Positions 13,453 through 16,441 of a stretch of 16,441 nucleotides of DNA are shown here, in pieces. The notes under the pieces are model-generated. The model was not told the origin of the DNA. It searched no databases and was given only the letters and a program-made list of their open reading frames with translations. Each line of letters begins with the position of its first letter. The stretch's first letter is position 1. Source of the DNA: Candidatus Rokuibacteriota bacterium (GTDB lineage Bacteria; Methylomirabilota; Methylomirabilia; Rokubacteriales; CSP1-6); contig JACPCX010000129.1 in NCBI GenBank assembly GCA_016184305.1, forward strand, positions 1 to 16,441, read 5' to 3'. The translations under genes were made by a program, and so were the position numbers.

Positions 13453-14862
13453 ATGCCGATCGACGTCCACGTCCGCCTGCTGCCGCCGCGGCGGTCCCGG
13501 CGGCCCGTGGCGGCCGCTGCGGGGCTCTGCATCGCCGCGGTGCTCGCGGCGGGGCTCGCCGGCGGGACGGAGACGCCCCGCCAGCTCCTCATCACGGCGG
13601 GGGAGGTCATCGACACCGGCGCCGTCCTCTGGGTGCGCGCGCCCGAGCCCGGGCCCATCGCCTTCCGCTACGGCCCCATGGATGGTCCGCCCACAGGCCG
13701 GGGCCGGGTGGAGGCCGCATCCGCCAGCGATCTCACGGTGAAGATCAGGATGAGCGGGCTCACACCCGGCGGGCGGCATCGCTACACCGTCGAGCAGGGG
13801 GCGCTCCACGTGGACGGCGAGTTCGTGACCGCGCCGGCCCCGTCGACGCCCGCACCCGTCACCTTCGCGTGGAGCGGGGATCTCGGCAGTCGGACGGCGT
13901 GCCGCCACGTGACCGACGGCTACCCGATCTTCCGCGTCCTGGCCAGGCGCGCGCTGGACTTCTTCCTCTTCGTGGGCGACACGATCTACGCCGATCATGT
14001 CTGCGAGGGCCCCGACCGCGTGCCCGGCTCCGCCTTCGTCGCCCGGACGCTACCGCAGTTCTGGGCCAAGCACCGCTACAACCGGTCCGATCCGGCGGTG
14101 CAGGAGCTCTTCCGGCGTAGTTCCGTCTACGCGATCTGGGACGACCACGAGGTGAGGAACGACTTCTCGGGCTCGGTGGACAGGCTGATGCCCACCGGAC
14201 GCCAGGCCTTCATCGACTACTTCCCGATACAGCCGCCGCGCTCGCAGCCGGGACGGCTCTACCGGAAGTTCCAGTGGGGCCGCCTCCTCGATGTGTTCAT
14301 CCTCGACACGCGGCAGTACCGGAGCCCCAACAGCGATCCCGACGGGCCGGAGAAGACCATGCTCGGCCCCGCCCAGAAACGGTGGCTGATCGAGGGCGTG
14401 ACGGCATCGAGGTCCACGTGGAAAATCATCGTGACCAGCGTGACCCTGTCGGTCCCCACGGGCCGGGGCGCCCGGGACTCGTGGAGCAACGCCAATATCC
14501 TCGGCTTTCCCGAGGAGGGGGGCTCGGGCTTCGCCGTGGAGCGCGACGGCATCCTTCGCGCTTTTCGCGAGGCGGGCGTGAAGAATCTGGTCTTCCTCGC
14601 CGCCGACGTGCATCACGCCGAGGTGCTCCGCCATCACCCCGGGGCGGGGTGGTCCTTCCACGAATTCATCGCGGGCCCGCTCTCGGCCTCGCTGGGGCGC
14701 CCGCGCCCGACCGATCAGGGGCTCAGCTCGCGCACCCTCTATGGCCTCGGCGAGATCGAGAACTTCGGCGAGGTCGCCATCGCCGAGGCGGGCCTCACCG
14801 TGCGCATCGTGGACGTCACGGGGCAGGTCCGCTTCACCCACACCATCGCCCCCGAGCGGTAG
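13453..14862 (+). CDS. phoD: PhoD-family alkaline phosphatase / metallophosphatase, secreted (469 aa)
   Basis: N-terminal RRSRR plus hydrophobic signal, AVLWVRA...DLTVKI..GLTPG.RHRY (PhoD N domain), FAWSGD, GDTIYAD, WDDHEVRND, LDTRQYRS, MLGPAQKRWL, ADVHH, EFIAGP. ATG 13453 is used rather than the ORF-track start at 13300. Confidence 0.93.
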   Translation: MPIDVHVRLLPPRRSRRPVAAAAGLCIAAVLAAGLAGGTETPRQLLITAGEVIDTGAVLWVRAPEPGPIAFRYGPMDGPPTGRGRVEAASASDLTVKIRMSGLTPGGRHRYTVEQGALHVDGEFVTAPAPSTPAPVTFAWSGDLGSRTACRHVTDGYPIFRVLARRALDFFLFVGDTIYADHVCEGPDRVPGSAFVARTLPQFWAKHRYNRSDPAVQELFRRSSVYAIWDDHEVRNDFSGSVDRLMPTGRQAFIDYFPIQPPRSQPGRLYRKFQWGRLLDVFILDTRQYRSPNSDPDGPEKTMLGPAQKRWLIEGVTASRSTWKIIVTSVTLSVPTGRGARDSWSNANILGFPEEGGSGFAVERDGILRAFREAGVKNLVFLAADVHHAEVLRHHPGAGWSFHEFIAGPLSASLGRPRPTDQGLSSRTLYGLGEIENFGEVAIAEAGLTVRIVDVTGQVRFTHTIAPER

Positions 14863-14897
14863 GGCAGCGCTGGGTCCGACTGGGCGGGGAGCCTCCC

Positions 14898-14981
14898 TCA
14901 GGGCCGAGCGCGGAGCAGGGCCTCACCGAGGCGCAGCCCGGTGCGCGCGAGGAGAGGGAAGAGGGGGTCATAGCGGCGCGC
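14898..14981 (-). pseudogene. Tyrosine recombinase/integrase remnant (box I fragment)
   Basis: The minus strand reads ARRYDPLFPLLARTGLRLGEALL then stops (TGA 14898-14900). This matches the integrase 'Y.LF.LLA.TGLR.GE.L' motif carrying the catalytic Arg. No box II (HxLRH...Y) is nearby. Confidence 0.65.
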
Positions 14982-15306
14982 AAGAGCGTCCTTGCCGGCG
15001 CGTCCTGGCCTCATGGACAGCCCGAGCGATACCCGTGTATTCACCCCTCGCCCCGCCCTCGGGCCCCCGGACCTCGCCCCGAGCGCCTCGGCCCTGGAGG
15101 GTGGGACCGCGCTTCGCCCTCCGTGGCTTTCGCCACTCACGGCCACGTCAGCATCTGCGGCGCTCCCGGGGCGAGGTGAACGCCGCGTTCGTCAAGGGGG
15201 CGCTGCTCGAGAAGGCGGCCGGCTCGTCGAGATGGGCGCCGCCGGCATCGCGGTGGCGCGACGGTGAGCGGGGCGTCAGGGCCACCGCGCCAGTTCGTCC
15301 AGAGCT

Positions 15307-16401
15307 TCATGCGGGCAGGAACACGATGAGCCACCAGGGCAGCTTTTCGCGCCAACGCTCGCGCCAGGCGCGCTTGATTGCCTGCCAGCCCTTGCCCATG
15401 GCCACCAGCAGCAGCGCCAGCAGGGCGCAGGCCGCGGAAAAGATCCACCAGTTGTTGAAGCGCAGGCCGAGCCACTGGTTGATCAGGGTCAGCACGATCA
15501 GGTGGTGGGTGAAGTAGAGGAAGAGCGCCGTCTGGCCCAGGATCACCAGCCACCGCGACGGCCAGTGCCGCATCTCGACGAGGTAGTAGAAGAGGGCGAT
15601 CTGGCAGAAGACCCCGCCCAGAATCCAGGCGAGCGTGTTCCCCCGCGGCGTCCAGTGGTTGTTCAGGGTGAAGTCGCGCGTGAACATCCAGCGGTTCGGC
15701 GTCCCCGCCCACCAGTCCCAGCCGAAGAACCACAAGAGGCAGAGGCCCCCGGCCGCCGCCATCCCCCACAGGTAACGCGCCCGGCCGGGGGCATCGGTCC
15801 GCTCGACCCACCAGCCGCCCAGCACGAGGCCCACCAGCACCAGGCTCACCCAGGGCCAGGGGGGGAACTCGAAGAAGAAGATGCGTGAGCTCCGCGGGTG
15901 GGCGACCACCCACTGGGTGAGTTGCGGGAAGGCGCCGACAAAGGCCAGATAGATGATGACGGCGGCGCCCAGGAGTCCCCAGCGTCCCGCCCGGGAGCCG
16001 AGAAGCAGCGCGGCCGGGGCGGCGATCAGGATGCTGAAGCCGATGGTCTGGAGCACGCCGTTGTTCCAGATCGGGTCCTCCGGGAAAACCAGGAGGTTGA
16101 GCAGAAGCCCGGCCAGGATGAGCCGCGCGCCGCGCGCGGCCCATTTGCCCAGCGCGGCGTCCCGGCCGCCGCCCGCGCGGGAGCCGGAGAGCGGCAGGCA
16201 GAAGCCCACCAGGAAGAGGAACATTGGCGCGGCCAAAGTCAGGGAGACGTAGATCACGTAGTAGCGGGGCCACGTCATGCGGCCGTCTTGCCACCAGCGG
16301 CCCGTGTGGTTGAGCACCATGAGGAGCAGCGCCCAGCCGCGGACCGCGTCCAGAAAACGCAGGCGCTCACGCACCGGTCGGGCCGCCGTTGGCGTCGCCA
16401 T
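15307..16401 (-). CDS. DUF1624 / heparan-alpha-glucosaminide N-acetyltransferase-like membrane protein (putative transmembrane acyltransferase)
   Basis: RLRFLDAVRGWALLLMVLNH, AAPMFLFLVG, GVLQTIG, FPPWPW, LGQTALFLYFTHH; about 10 TM helices. Start is ATG 16401 (MATP) or GTG 16419. Confidence 0.88.
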   Translation of the reverse strand: MATPTAARPVRERLRFLDAVRGWALLLMVLNHTGRWWQDGRMTWPRYYVIYVSLTLAAPMFLFLVGFCLPLSGSRAGGGRDAALGKWAARGARLILAGLLLNLLVFPEDPIWNNGVLQTIGFSILIAAPAALLLGSRAGRWGLLGAAVIIYLAFVGAFPQLTQWVVAHPRSSRIFFFEFPPWPWVSLVLVGLVLGGWWVERTDAPGRARYLWGMAAAGGLCLLWFFGWDWWAGTPNRWMFTRDFTLNNHWTPRGNTLAWILGGVFCQIALFYYLVEMRHWPSRWLVILGQTALFLYFTHHLIVLTLINQWLGLRFNNWWIFSAACALLALLLVAMGKGWQAIKRAWRERWREKLPWWLIVFLPA

Positions 16402-16441
16402 GGCGGTCAGTGCTGGCACCTGGTCGGCATGCGACGCGGCG

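Noticed and set aside
8129..13658. Long overlapping ORFs such as 8469-9761, 9444-11108, 10913-12172 and 12291-13658
   Set aside because: Shadow ORFs overlapping well-supported plus-strand genes; low stop-codon frequency at this GC content explains them.
1..16441. CRISPR arrays, tandem repeats, rRNA/tRNA genes, IS elements
   Set aside because: No regularly spaced repeats, RNA-gene signatures or transposase ORFs were found by eye.

Overview
This is a GC-rich (roughly 70%) bacterial chromosomal window with about 15 real genes; the style resembles Rokubacteria/Methylomirabilota, but that is only an impression. On the minus strand, moeA-tldD-pmbA/tldE runs off the left edge, divergent from an RDD membrane protein. 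Next come a candidate unannotated 42-aa Cys-rich micro-protein and an RRM RNA-binding protein with a near-consensus sigma70 promoter, a long structured leader and an intrinsic terminator. The standout feature is a two-gene minus-strand unit. A DsbA/FrnE-family thioredoxin-fold oxidoreductase has an in-frame TGA at the first Cys of its CxxC (U-P-W-C) followed by a SECIS-like hairpin, so it is a predicted selenoprotein that the ORF track truncates. It abuts, with a 0-nt gap, a family B DNA polymerase. A plus-strand run follows: dienelactone-hydrolase-family lipoprotein (preceded by a coupled 22-aa uORF), 5-formyl-THF cyclo-ligase-like protein, atypical SDR, YihY/BrkB, family III CoA-transferase, MFE-2-like SDR, a 71-aa hypothetical and PhoD. 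The window ends with a degraded intergenic patch holding a tyrosine-recombinase remnant, then a convergent DUF1624/HGSNAT-like membrane protein. Several genes look leaderless. No rRNA, tRNA, CRISPR or intact mobile element was seen.
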